NCBI GenBank assembly: GCA_020724585.1
Contig: DYGS01000001.1
Coordinates: 287,832 to 351,831 of the forward strand
Reading direction: 5' to 3'
DNA: 64,000 nucleotides
Source of the DNA: Candidatus Microgenomatus sp.
GTDB lineage: Bacteria; Patescibacteriota; Microgenomatia; UBA8517
The notes under the pieces were generated by a model. It made no database searches. It saw nothing but the letters and a program-made list of their open reading frames with translations, and had not been told where the DNA came from. A program made the translations under genes and the position numbers. Within the stretch, counting starts at the first letter, position 1; each line of letters opens with the position of its first letter. Below are positions 17,686 to 27,597 of the stretch, piece after piece.

Positions 17686-19322
17686 ACAGAATATATCTAT
17701 TTTTTGAAAAACATAGCTTTATTGTTTCTTTAGCTGCTATTTTTATTGTCGGTTTTGGAATCTTAAAAATGCCTTGGCAACTTGTTGATGATGGTAAAAG
17801 TGCACAAATTTCACAAATTTTAACTGATTCATTCCTTAATAAGGACATAAAATCTTTTTTAGGTGGTTTAGTTGAACCACAAAGTGGGAGATTTAGACCA
17901 CTTTATTGGATTTATTTATGGTTTACATTTCTTGTTTTTGGGTACCAACCACTTGGACATTACATTCTTCACCTGGTTTTATTTATAACAACTGTATGGT
18001 TAGTTTTTAGATTAATTCTTATGGGCGGTGGTTCTCGAAAGGCTGCTATTATAGGATCAAGTCTATTTGCAATTGACTGGAGAATATTGGAAAATTGGTA
18101 TCGTTTGGGTCCACAGGAACCATTACAAACACCTTTATTACTTGGATCAATATATCTTTTTTTGAAACAACGAAATACTAAGAACAAATTTCAATTAGCT
18201 TGGTCTATTGTATTAATCATCTTGGCAATGTTTCTTAAAGAGACAAATATTGCTTTTGTAGCTATCCCCATTTACTTATTAATATCTGATTTGATTTTAA
18301 AAAATAAATTACACATAAGAAATGATTGGATTTATTTTTTCTTTACTTTAATGGGCGTAATTATTTCAAGATTTATTGCAAGTAGTATTTATCCTGTCTC
18401 TGGTTATGGTTCACTTTATATGATAAAGCTAGATTTCATTATAAGTAATTTAAATTCTTATGTTGAAATGATCAGGGCAAGTTATAGCCCTTTAATTGAA
18501 ATAATAATTGCTTATTTTGTAATAAGTATCTTCTTATTGTTTATTAAAAAAGGATACAAAGAAATTTTATCAACCTACTACTTTGCTGGGCTTTTCGGAA
18601 CATTCTTTATTTCTTTTTTTGTTATCCAACTACCATGGGGTTTTACTGTAGGCAGATATCTTTTGACTGCATTTTCCGGATCCTTTATAGCTCTGTCACT
18701 AGTAGGTGAAAGACTCTTTTCGCTGTTTGACAAAGCAAATAGGGATAGCGATAGGAGTGGTGATAAAGCGTCGAACCTATTTTTTTACATGATTAGATTT
18801 TCAGTAATTTTGCCACTCGTTTTAGTGATTTTTTATAACTTAATTATGTCCTTTAATTATATTTCTTGGGTTACAAAAGTAGGCAATTTTAATGACAGAT
18901 TTATAAAACAAATTGTAAAAAGTACACCTGAAAACGGAAGAGTGTTTTTAAATGTTGTACACGATGATAATGAAGAATTGGAATTATTTGTAGAGATAAG
19001 ATGGCACTTTGATTATTTTTACAATCGAAAGGATATTGTTTTAGATTACCTGCCCGAAAATTTAAATCTGAAGCCAGAAGACTTAGTTGTAGTACATACC
19101 TCGGCCCCACTTGTAAGCATTGATAAACTCAACCAAAATAAACAATTGGAATTTGTCACGAAGGATTACATCAATATTGAAAATGTTGTACTAGCCGGCC
19201 CTTTAGGTTTTCTTAAAGAAGGTGGTAAGCTTTTGACTGCTGTTTCTAGCGATAAATTTGTCAATAACTTTTATTCTATTGGAAAGTATACATATGAGTG
19301 GAACATATATAAAGCAAAATAA
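17682..19322 (+). CDS. GT-C membrane glycosyltransferase (ArnT/PMT-like)
   Basis: Twelve or more predicted TM helices, with an N-terminal loop 'RFRPLYWIYLWFTFLVFGYQPLGHYILHL' typical of the ArnT-like family. Confidence 0.5.
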   Translation: MNRIYLFFEKHSFIVSLAAIFIVGFGILKMPWQLVDDGKSAQISQILTDSFLNKDIKSFLGGLVEPQSGRFRPLYWIYLWFTFLVFGYQPLGHYILHLVLFITTVWLVFRLILMGGGSRKAAIIGSSLFAIDWRILENWYRLGPQEPLQTPLLLGSIYLFLKQRNTKNKFQLAWSIVLIILAMFLKETNIAFVAIPIYLLISDLILKNKLHIRNDWIYFFFTLMGVIISRFIASSIYPVSGYGSLYMIKLDFIISNLNSYVEMIRASYSPLIEIIIAYFVISIFLLFIKKGYKEILSTYYFAGLFGTFFISFFVIQLPWGFTVGRYLLTAFSGSFIALSLVGERLFSLFDKANRDSDRSGDKASNLFFYMIRFSVILPLVLVIFYNLIMSFNYISWVTKVGNFNDRFIKQIVKSTPENGRVFLNVVHDDNEELELFVEIRWHFDYFYNRKDIVLDYLPENLNLKPEDLVVVHTSAPLVSIDKLNQNKQLEFVTKDYINIENVVLAGPLGFLKEGGKLLTAVSSDKFVNNFYSIGKYTYEWNIYKAK

Positions 19323-20352
19323 CATATCAACTGAATCTAAAAGTATTTTAAAATTCTTAAATCTGTTGTGGAGTGTTAATTATAAAATTTTCCCTTCATT
19401 GGTTGTGATTGCAATTTTATTTTCATTAATAGAAGGCGTTACATATCAAGGTTTTGTTGCTAAATATTTTTTGGTTGACATAAAGTTGATAATTATACTT
19501 GTTGCAATGTCAGGTTTATTTGTGTTTTTACATGCAAAAAACAAAAGTTCAGTAACCCCTGAAAGCTATATTTTTCTTAAGAATTTGTTAAATATATTAA
19601 TTATTGCGTTTTTACTCGTTACTTATTTACTTTATCTAAAGTTACCCTCAGCAAGAAATTCAATATATTTTGGTAGTAACAACCTGGTTTATCCTAACAG
19701 GTTTTTAATAGCATCTTTAATGTCTGTATATTATTTTATAATATATTATCTTTGTTTTGGGAAAATCAATTTACCGTTTCAATCCAAAATTACAAAGTTA
19801 GATACGCAAGGTATTATGTACACATTATTTTTGATAGGTGCGATTTTATGGACTTTGTCAACGAGTGCAATAAAAGATCTTTACATATTCAAAGTCAATG
19901 TAATACCTATTATTCGAAATGCCGGCGCTACCTATGATTGGAAAGTCAGATCACAAATAGGGCCTATATTTGATTACTATAAATTTGTGGTTAATAATAC
20001 TCCTGAATCAGCATTGATATTGGGTCCAAAACAGCAGGGTCAGTGGCCAGATGTGAGCAATCAAGGCTTTACTAGATATTTTGTTTATCCAAGGAATTTA
20101 ATTTCAGAAGATTTTGAAGGATTTAAAAAACAATCTCCAACCTTCGCCTTTTTAATAGGAGGAAGGAAATTACATGATAATAGCCTGCAGAATCGTTGGC
20201 CGGATTTTTATATACCAGCTAAAAAGATCATTTTCTATCCAAACGATAAAGATGGTAAAACAATAGAAGTCTATGGTGACTATAATCCCAAAAAAGTTGT
20301 TTATCCTGATTATTGGGGGATAATAGAAATTGATAACGCACGATGGAAGTAA
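19294..20352 (+). CDS. Polytopic membrane protein (hypothetical, possibly GT-C-like)
   Basis: ORF with many hydrophobic segments. ATG at 19294 preceded by GGAAAG (the track's 19258 is TTG). Overlaps the upstream gene by 29 nt. Confidence 0.45.
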   Translation: MSGTYIKQNNISTESKSILKFLNLLWSVNYKIFPSLVVIAILFSLIEGVTYQGFVAKYFLVDIKLIIILVAMSGLFVFLHAKNKSSVTPESYIFLKNLLNILIIAFLLVTYLLYLKLPSARNSIYFGSNNLVYPNRFLIASLMSVYYFIIYYLCFGKINLPFQSKITKLDTQGIMYTLFLIGAILWTLSTSAIKDLYIFKVNVIPIIRNAGATYDWKVRSQIGPIFDYYKFVVNNTPESALILGPKQQGQWPDVSNQGFTRYFVYPRNLISEDFEGFKKQSPTFAFLIGGRKLHDNSLQNRWPDFYIPAKKIIFYPNDKDGKTIEVYGDYNPKKVVYPDYWGIIEIDNARWK

Positions 20353-21653
20353 TAATCGGAATCATATTTACGACAATGTTTGGCTTATCGCTTGTAAATT
20401 TAATGCAAGTGAGAATAAGTGTGCTTGGAAAAATGGCTCTTTCCTATTTACTGGGATTAGGTCTTCAAACATTAATAATGTTTTATTTGGCTGTCTTACA
20501 TATAAAATTAACCGCTTTAAATGTAACAATTGCTGTTCTTATCCCAACGCTACTTATTATCTTATTAAATGTTTTATTTAAGAAGAAATTTTTATCAAAT
20601 GTTAACTTGAATTTTAAGAAGCTCAATTTTGTCGAAAAGTTAATGATTGTAATATTTTTTGGATTAGCAGCATATGTGTTGGCGGCGGGTATATACTGGC
20701 CGGTAGTTGGGTGGGATTCAATTGCTTTATATGATTTTAGAGCTAAAGTATTTTCAATAACTGGATATATGGATGATGCTATCAGAAGAGGTTATTTTTT
20801 TGGGTATCCTCTTATGACGAGCATGGCTCATACTTGGATTTATATTTTAGGTGGTCATTATCCAAAGTTTCTATACTCACTTATGTATATAAGTTTTGGA
20901 CTATTATTTTATGAGTTTTCCCAAAAATGGGCAAACAGAACAATTGCAATGGTTTTTACTATTATTTCAATGACAGCATATCCAATTTTTGCGCAAGCAG
21001 CTTACGATTATACAAATGTTCCTTACACAATTTATTTCTTTATCAGCTCGGCGGCGCTGTTTTATTGGACAACAACGAATGAAAAAAAATGGTTGATTGT
21101 TTCTGCTTTGATGATGGGTATTGCGACCTGGATTAGAAGCACTGATCCGTTTTGGATCGTTAATATAATTGTTATAGTGTGGTGGAGTATTAAAAACAAG
21201 TCAATTTCCCCAATTCTTATTTACATATTATTTTTTCTACCAATACAGCAATCCTGGAACCTATTTATAACGAAAATGTCCCCATCTGTATCCAGCCAAT
21301 CTTTATTGGCAGGTGGTTTCAGTGTATTGGTAAGCAAACTTGACTTGAATCGACTAGCCCAAACATCTTCGTTTGTTATTCAGGTATTATTTTCGATGCT
21401 TATTCCTTATTCGATCTTATTATTAATATCACTAACCATGGCAAAAAAGAAGATTCTAGATACATTTTATTTCCTTTTAATTCTTTTTGGAAACATTTCG
21501 CTGTTGTTTGTCGGTGCTTATATATTTAGTTATATATGGGAAGGTTGGGGGTTGATTGGCGAGTCTTTGGGACGAATGGGATCAGTGTTTATTCCTCTCT
21601 TTACTTTTGCAGCAGCAATAAATTTAAACGAAAAGGTGATTTACAAAAAATGA
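20343..21653 (+). CDS. Polytopic membrane protein (hypothetical, possibly GT-C-like)
   Basis: 436-aa ORF, about 12 TM helices, 'YWPVVGWDSIALYDFRAKVF'. Confidence 0.45.
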   Translation: MEVIIGIIFTTMFGLSLVNLMQVRISVLGKMALSYLLGLGLQTLIMFYLAVLHIKLTALNVTIAVLIPTLLIILLNVLFKKKFLSNVNLNFKKLNFVEKLMIVIFFGLAAYVLAAGIYWPVVGWDSIALYDFRAKVFSITGYMDDAIRRGYFFGYPLMTSMAHTWIYILGGHYPKFLYSLMYISFGLLFYEFSQKWANRTIAMVFTIISMTAYPIFAQAAYDYTNVPYTIYFFISSAALFYWTTTNEKKWLIVSALMMGIATWIRSTDPFWIVNIIVIVWWSIKNKSISPILIYILFFLPIQQSWNLFITKMSPSVSSQSLLAGGFSVLVSKLDLNRLAQTSSFVIQVLFSMLIPYSILLLISLTMAKKKILDTFYFLLILFGNISLLFVGAYIFSYIWEGWGLIGESLGRMGSVFIPLFTFAAAINLNEKVIYKK

Positions 21654-21657
21654 AAAC

Positions 21658-22587
21658 ATGATTGAAGCTCCTATTTTGTTTATTATATTTAACAGACCTC
21701 GAACTACAGAAATTGTTTTTGAAAGAATTAAAAAACTTCAACCAAAAGTGTTATATATTGCAGCTGACGGTCCGAGGACAAATAATGATAAAGATGTGCA
21801 ATTATGTACAGAAGCAAGACGGATTACTGAAAATATAAACTGGAAATGCAAGGTAAAAAGACTTTATAGGGTTAGTAACTTAGGTTGTGGAAAAGCGGTA
21901 AGTGGTGCAATTAGTTGGTTTTTTAAAAATGTTACCGCGGGCGTAATAATAGAAGATGATTGTTTATTTGACGAAAGTTTTTATCGATTTACCTGCAAGA
22001 TGCTTGATAAGTTTAAAGATGACACAACAGTGATGCATATATCCGGTGACAACTTTTTAAGTAAAAACATGTTGGACAGTAGTGTTTATTATTTTTCAAA
22101 ATATGTACATGTATGGGGATGGGCGACCTGGAGATATTCTTGGAATAAATATGATTACCATATGAAAAATTGGAATAATAAAAACTTACTTCAAAAAATA
22201 AACTTTATTGAAGGAAGTTTGTGGGAAAAATTATATTGGACCTCAAAATTTGATAGCGTGTCTTACAAAATAACAGATACTTGGGATTATCAGTGGATAT
22301 ATACAGTTATGGAAAATAAAGGTAGAGCAATTGTCCCGGGTACAAATCTTGTATCAAATATAGGGTTTGGTAACGAAGCTTCACACACAAGCGGCGTTAA
22401 TCATTATATGTCAGAACTAAAAACCAAATCAATGGATGCAAAAATACATTTAAGTGATCCCAAAGATAACACAAAACTTGATGAATACGAAAGTAAAAAA
22501 GTGTTTAAGTTTAAGTCGATTAGTACAATTCTCTATTTCGGATATTTTTCTATATTTTGTATGATTTACAATAAGTTTCGCAAGTAG
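21658..22587 (+). CDS. HlpA-like nucleotide-diphospho-sugar transferase (GT-A-like)
   Basis: N-terminus 'PILFIIFNRPRTTEIVFERIKKLQPKVLYIAADGPR' resembles the HlpA-like GT family signature. Confidence 0.5.
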   Translation: MIEAPILFIIFNRPRTTEIVFERIKKLQPKVLYIAADGPRTNNDKDVQLCTEARRITENINWKCKVKRLYRVSNLGCGKAVSGAISWFFKNVTAGVIIEDDCLFDESFYRFTCKMLDKFKDDTTVMHISGDNFLSKNMLDSSVYYFSKYVHVWGWATWRYSWNKYDYHMKNWNNKNLLQKINFIEGSLWEKLYWTSKFDSVSYKITDTWDYQWIYTVMENKGRAIVPGTNLVSNIGFGNEASHTSGVNHYMSELKTKSMDAKIHLSDPKDNTKLDEYESKKVFKFKSISTILYFGYFSIFCMIYNKFRK

Positions 22588-22597
22588 CAAATCGATT

Positions 22598-23290
22598 ATG
22601 AAAAAAGATTTATATTATTCTGTAAAGCCAATGAAGACTTATGATTCATGGTTGAGTGGTTTGCTAAATAAGTTTACAAGAAATTATACACGTGAGGAAA
22701 TTGCAGCAAGTTTTAATTTAAGTGGAAAAAGTTGCTTAGATATAGCTTGTGGAGATGGCGATCTGATAAATAATTATTTAAGTGGTAGGTATATCGAGGC
22801 CACGGGTATTGACATTTCTCCGAAATTAATTAAACAGGCAAAGTTAAGAAAGGCCAACAACGCCTTTTTTAAAGTTGGGGATATTGATCAGTTTGTTGAC
22901 CAGATGGTTATACAGGGGAAGAAGTATAATGATATTTACTTACTCGCTATATTGGAGCATATTCAGTGGCCAACAATTTTTATTAAAAAGCTAACAAAAA
23001 TATTAGATAAACAAGGGCGAATTATAATTGAAGTACCCAATTCTGTCTGGCTGCCACACAGATTAAGCATGGTTCTTGGTAAATTCCCGGTTACTGCGCC
23101 AACAGTTGGAGTAATTCCCGGGGTTTTTGATGAACATATACGCTTTTTTACCCATAAAACACTAAATAAAATTATGAAAGATACAGGTTTTAAGTTATTA
23201 AAAACAGACTGTTCGGGGAAGTTTAGATTTATTAAGAAACTATATCCAAGCTTATTTTCGCCTGATATTGTCGCAGTTTATGAAAAGTAA
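22598..23290 (+). CDS. Class I SAM-dependent methyltransferase
   Basis: 'CLDIACGDGDLI' motif I. Confidence 0.65.
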   Translation: MKKDLYYSVKPMKTYDSWLSGLLNKFTRNYTREEIAASFNLSGKSCLDIACGDGDLINNYLSGRYIEATGIDISPKLIKQAKLRKANNAFFKVGDIDQFVDQMVIQGKKYNDIYLLAILEHIQWPTIFIKKLTKILDKQGRIIIEVPNSVWLPHRLSMVLGKFPVTAPTVGVIPGVFDEHIRFFTHKTLNKIMKDTGFKLLKTDCSGKFRFIKKLYPSLFSPDIVAVYEK

Positions 23291-24428
23291 AACAATAGCT
23301 ATAAATACTCTCTTTCTTATCCCCGGTAAAGTTGGGGGGACCGAAGTTTTTTTAAGACAGCAAATTGAAAAACTATCAAAGCTAGACAGAGTCAATAAAT
23401 ATATTATCTACGCAAATAAAGAAAATAAAGATACATTTGGAAAATTACCAAAGAATTTTAAAATACATGGCACAAAAATAAATGCTTCAAATAGGTTTGT
23501 GAGGGTTTTTTATGAACAGCTTATCTTGCCAACGCTTTTAATAAAGCACAAAGTAAATTTACTCCATTCGCCAGGTTACACAACTCCAATATTTACTCAC
23601 TGTCCAAAAATTACTACTATATTCGATTTAAATTATCATTTCCATCCAGAAGACATTAGTTTATTGGAAAGATTGTCATATAAATTACTCATACCATTAG
23701 GTGCGTATTTTTCAAACAAGATAATAGTCCATAGCAACAAATCTAAAAGGGATATGATAAAAGTTTTAAAAGTTACCAGCGACAAAATAGAAGTGATATA
23801 TGGGGGTGTTCCGGAGGACTTTAAAAGAAATATATCACTCAATGCGTCTATCAAGTTTATAAAGAGATATAATATTGAAAGACCTTATATACTTGCCAAT
23901 GCGACTATACATAGACACAAAAATTTAGATAACCTAATACGTGCCTTTTCATTGCTTATTAAAAATAAACGATTTTGTAAATATAAACTTGTTCTAATTG
24001 GTATATATGGTAGTGCGTATAGTAGAATAGACAATCTTATAAAAGAATTAAGAGTTGGTGACAGGATAGTATTTACTAATACTTGGATAGATCATAAATA
24101 CATGAAATATTTTAATCGCGCAGCTGATGTATTTGTAATGCCATCTTTCTACGAAGGTTTTGGACTTCCTACCGCTGAAGCGATGGCTTGTGGCACTCCA
24201 CTTGTTGTATCAAAATATTCGTGTAGCCCTGAGATAGCAGGTAATGGAGGTTTTATTGTTGATGCAAAAAAGCCAAGCGAAATATTAGGAGCAGTTGTTA
24301 AAATATTAACAAATAAAAATTTAAGAAATAAGCTAGTAGTTGAAGGAAAAAAACGAGCAAAGATTTTTTCATGGAAAACAATGGCAACAAAGTTGTTGGT
24401 TGTATATGAGACTTTGTTAAAAGATTAG
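23280..24428 (+). CDS. Glycosyltransferase family 4
   Basis: 'EGFGLPTAEAMACGTPLVVSKYSCSPEIAGNGGFIVD'. ATG at 23280 (the track start is TTG). Confidence 0.75.
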   Translation: MKSKTIAINTLFLIPGKVGGTEVFLRQQIEKLSKLDRVNKYIIYANKENKDTFGKLPKNFKIHGTKINASNRFVRVFYEQLILPTLLIKHKVNLLHSPGYTTPIFTHCPKITTIFDLNYHFHPEDISLLERLSYKLLIPLGAYFSNKIIVHSNKSKRDMIKVLKVTSDKIEVIYGGVPEDFKRNISLNASIKFIKRYNIERPYILANATIHRHKNLDNLIRAFSLLIKNKRFCKYKLVLIGIYGSAYSRIDNLIKELRVGDRIVFTNTWIDHKYMKYFNRAADVFVMPSFYEGFGLPTAEAMACGTPLVVSKYSCSPEIAGNGGFIVDAKKPSEILGAVVKILTNKNLRNKLVVEGKKRAKIFSWKTMATKLLVVYETLLKD

Positions 24429-24429
24429 G

Positions 24430-25131
24430 TTACATTTTTGAAACATTCGGAGTGATTCCGCCTATATGGGTAAGTTTGTTTTTGTTTAATCTTTTGTACA
24501 CAAAATCTCTAGTTAAATAAAATGAAGTTGTTGATGTGTAATGATTTGAAGGTGCAAAACCATTGAAATTAATTTCTATAAGGTTATTATTTGTTAAAAA
24601 TTTACTTGATTTTTGAAACCAGTCAGAATTATCTAAAATGATAAAACCTCCATTTTTTAGGTAGTTAATCGCTACTTTTACACATTCATCTCTATAATCC
24701 CCATCAACAATAATCAAATCAAATTTCTTACCTGTTTTTTTGATTGAATTTATATAATTCTGTTTGTTGGTTTCTAAAATATACCTAGTTCTTTTTAGTA
24801 AGCCTTTTATATAATCATACCAATTTTTGTTACTCTCAACTGATGTAACATACTTTGCCCTTTTAGTCCAATAAATAGTTGAATTTCCTGATCCATATTC
24901 AAAAACTGATTTTTGACTTAAATCCATTGCATTAAGGTATTCAATTGAGGGATAAGTAAACCAAGGTATTGCTTCAAGCTTGTTGTTTATAGGTTTCAAA
25001 TGATAAGAAGATAGAAAATGACCAAAATCTATCTCTAAAATTTTCATTACTGATAAAGCATTAAAAAATGGAAGAATCTTGGTAAATTTCAAAAGTGAAT
25101 ATATCACTGATTTTATATAATTTATTAACAT
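24430..25131 (-). CDS. SAM-dependent methyltransferase-like protein
   Basis: 'VFEYGSGNSTIYW' glycine-rich motif and 'DLIIVDGDYR...GGFIILDNSDW'. Only minus-strand gene in this stretch. Confidence 0.5.
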   Translation of the reverse strand: MLINYIKSVIYSLLKFTKILPFFNALSVMKILEIDFGHFLSSYHLKPINNKLEAIPWFTYPSIEYLNAMDLSQKSVFEYGSGNSTIYWTKRAKYVTSVESNKNWYDYIKGLLKRTRYILETNKQNYINSIKKTGKKFDLIIVDGDYRDECVKVAINYLKNGGFIILDNSDWFQKSSKFLTNNNLIEINFNGFAPSNHYTSTTSFYLTRDFVYKRLNKNKLTHIGGITPNVSKM

Positions 25132-25176
25132 ATTAAATTGATCTTTGCTATTACATAGGTGATAATATAGTAGAAT

Positions 25177-26649
25177 ATGATCGGAATCAACTATCTTACT
25201 TTTTCTGATGCAGCAAAGTATGCTGATTTAGCTAGGAATATTTTAAGTGGTAGTTATACTACCTCATTTAATTTCTGGGATGGTAATAATGCATTAAGTA
25301 TTCAGCCCTTTATGGCTTACTCAATTAGTGTTTTATATAAGATTTTTGGTATCAATGATTTGGCTGTAATATTAACATCTTTTATATACTATATATTTAC
25401 TTTATTATTCGGTTTTCTTCTCGCTCAAAAAATATTCGGAAATAAAATTGTATCCTACCTTTCCACAATTTCAATTGGTTTTAATTATAATTATTTACTT
25501 TACGCAACTAGTGGAGCTTCTGAGATGCTGTTTACATTTGAGACTCTAGCATCAGCTTATTTTTTGACACATAAAAAGTGGTGGGGGAATATGTTGGGAA
25601 TATTGTTTATGTTCTTGATGTATTTTACCCGCCCGCAGGCAATAGTTTATATTTTTGGTTTGTTTTTGTATTATTTTATTTTAAACTTTCAATGGAAAAA
25701 GGGATTAATATATGCCATAGTAACTTTTTGTATTGGAACATTTTTTTATTTTATATTTTCAAAACAGGGTCTTATTGCCGTGACACAAAACTTACCTGGA
25801 ACTGCAGTTTCTGATTCGCTCCGAGGTATGACTGTAGAATCAAGTCCAATAGAGTTATTTAAAAAAGTTTTTTACAATTTATATAATTTTTATAAAGCAA
25901 TTCCTCAAATAATGAATCCATATCTTTTTGCATTGTCTATTCTTGGTTTGTTTAGTTGGGGAAAGGATAAGTTACTTAATTCATTTAAAATTACATCACT
26001 CTTTATGGTTCTTGCTACATTTTTTGTTACGGCTCTAACAATTCCATTTTATAGATATATACATCCAGTAATTCCATTTATTTATATTATTGGAGTAATA
26101 ACTCTATATGAAATAATCAATAACCAACAACCAATAATCAAACAAATTCCAAATTTTAAATTCCAAATTTTAAATAAATACAGAACAGCAATTTTAACTA
26201 CACTTTTGGCTTTGTTTTTTGCTGTTGGACAAACTTTGGGGATAATATTTTTAGACAGTAGATTTGAAAGAAAAACTAAAAATGTAGATAAACCACCTGT
26301 ATATGTTTTGATGTCATGGAAATTAAAAGTAGTTACGGATAAAGATCAAATAATAGTCACAAACTTGGATACTTGGGGGAGCTGGTATGGAGAAAGGAAA
26401 ACAGTTTGGTTTCCATTAGAACCAGATATGATTTTACCCGTGCAAGATAATATTGATGCCATATATTTAACTTCCTATAAAATGGATGATGAAAATTACT
26501 ATATGGGGCAAAGGTGGCGTGAAATTTTTGAAAACCCTGAAACACAATCAATTTTGCCTGATTATAAATTTGTTGGGCAGTATGAATTTAAGGCAGAAGA
26601 TAATTACGAAAGGGAAAACGGTAGGGCAATACTTCTTGTAAGAAATTGA
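25177..26649 (+). CDS. GT-C membrane glycosyltransferase (ArnT/PMT-like)
   Basis: 'FSDAAKYADLARNIL' N-terminal loop plus about 11 TM helices. Confidence 0.5.
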   Translation: MIGINYLTFSDAAKYADLARNILSGSYTTSFNFWDGNNALSIQPFMAYSISVLYKIFGINDLAVILTSFIYYIFTLLFGFLLAQKIFGNKIVSYLSTISIGFNYNYLLYATSGASEMLFTFETLASAYFLTHKKWWGNMLGILFMFLMYFTRPQAIVYIFGLFLYYFILNFQWKKGLIYAIVTFCIGTFFYFIFSKQGLIAVTQNLPGTAVSDSLRGMTVESSPIELFKKVFYNLYNFYKAIPQIMNPYLFALSILGLFSWGKDKLLNSFKITSLFMVLATFFVTALTIPFYRYIHPVIPFIYIIGVITLYEIINNQQPIIKQIPNFKFQILNKYRTAILTTLLALFFAVGQTLGIIFLDSRFERKTKNVDKPPVYVLMSWKLKVVTDKDQIIVTNLDTWGSWYGERKTVWFPLEPDMILPVQDNIDAIYLTSYKMDDENYYMGQRWREIFENPETQSILPDYKFVGQYEFKAEDNYERENGRAILLVRN

Positions 26650-26673
26650 CAAAATATAGTACAATATAGCTGT

Positions 26674-27210
26674 ATGAGGATCCCCCTGGGTAAGTTAAAG
26701 GCTATATTAATATATTTTTCAAACTTCACAAATACGAAATATCTTGGAAAAGTAAAATTAATGAAACTGTTTTATTTTTTGGATTTTATGCACTTAAAAC
26801 AATTTGGTACGCCAGTTACATATGATACCTATATCAAATTGGAACATGGCCCAATTCCTTCCACGGTTAAAAACTTAATTGACACAGCTGCAGAAGATAT
26901 TGATATATCAGAACTCTCAGATACGATTCATTTTGAAAGACCGGTTGGCACAGCTATGGCGCGGATATTGCCAAACAGACAATTTACAGATAGTGATAAG
27001 GGTTACTTCTCTGAAACAGAACTATTGGTTCTCGAGAAAGTATGCGCAATTTATGGTGACAAGAACACTAAATTTATAGAAGATGCTTCGCACAATGAGG
27101 CGCCTTGGAAAGAGACAGAATTTTTAGATAACATTCCTTACACCTTGGCAGCTAATGATTTAGATAGCAAAGTAAGCGTTTCTGACATCGAACTTCTTAA
27201 TAAAATATGA
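26674..27210 (+). CDS. Panacea-domain (DUF4065, SocA-like) protein; putative PanA antitoxin
   Basis: 'LGKVKLMKLFYFLDFMHLKQFGTPVTYDTYIKLEHGPIP' matches the Panacea/DUF4065 core (KLxKLLYF...G.P....GPV). Confidence 0.65.
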   Translation: MRIPLGKLKAILIYFSNFTNTKYLGKVKLMKLFYFLDFMHLKQFGTPVTYDTYIKLEHGPIPSTVKNLIDTAAEDIDISELSDTIHFERPVGTAMARILPNRQFTDSDKGYFSETELLVLEKVCAIYGDKNTKFIEDASHNEAPWKETEFLDNIPYTLAANDLDSKVSVSDIELLNKI

Positions 27211-27596
27211 CCTTGTTTGCGTTCGGAGATTTATTTAGGTATAAAAACAATGAGTATATCTATCTTGCTGAGACGGAAGATGTTTTGTTTGCTGCTAGAA
27301 TCTTGAGTTTTGATCAAAGTAAAACTCTTACAAAATATTACGAAGCCGCAATTAAAAAAAATTCAGGTGCTGTTGATGGTCCAGTATATTCATTTGTCAT
27401 GTTAGAGACAAAGGATCTTCTTAAGCGAGCCGCTTATTTTCGTGATACAGGCAATGAAAGATTTGAGTCTTATTTATTTACGCCTATTAATATTAAATTA
27501 AGTAAAAAAGACCTTCTTGAAATTAAAAACGAAATAACTAAGAAAAAATGTATATCAATAAAACTTCAAGAGTTAGTAAGAGATATTCAAATATAA
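27207..27596 (+). CDS. Hypothetical 129-aa protein translationally coupled to the Panacea gene; candidate PanT-type toxin (no recognised domain)
   Basis: ATGA overlap with the Panacea gene; no similarity recognised. Confidence 0.4.
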   Translation: MTLFAFGDLFRYKNNEYIYLAETEDVLFAARILSFDQSKTLTKYYEAAIKKNSGAVDGPVYSFVMLETKDLLKRAAYFRDTGNERFESYLFTPINIKLSKKDLLEIKNEITKKKCISIKLQELVRDIQI

Positions 27597-27597
27597 T

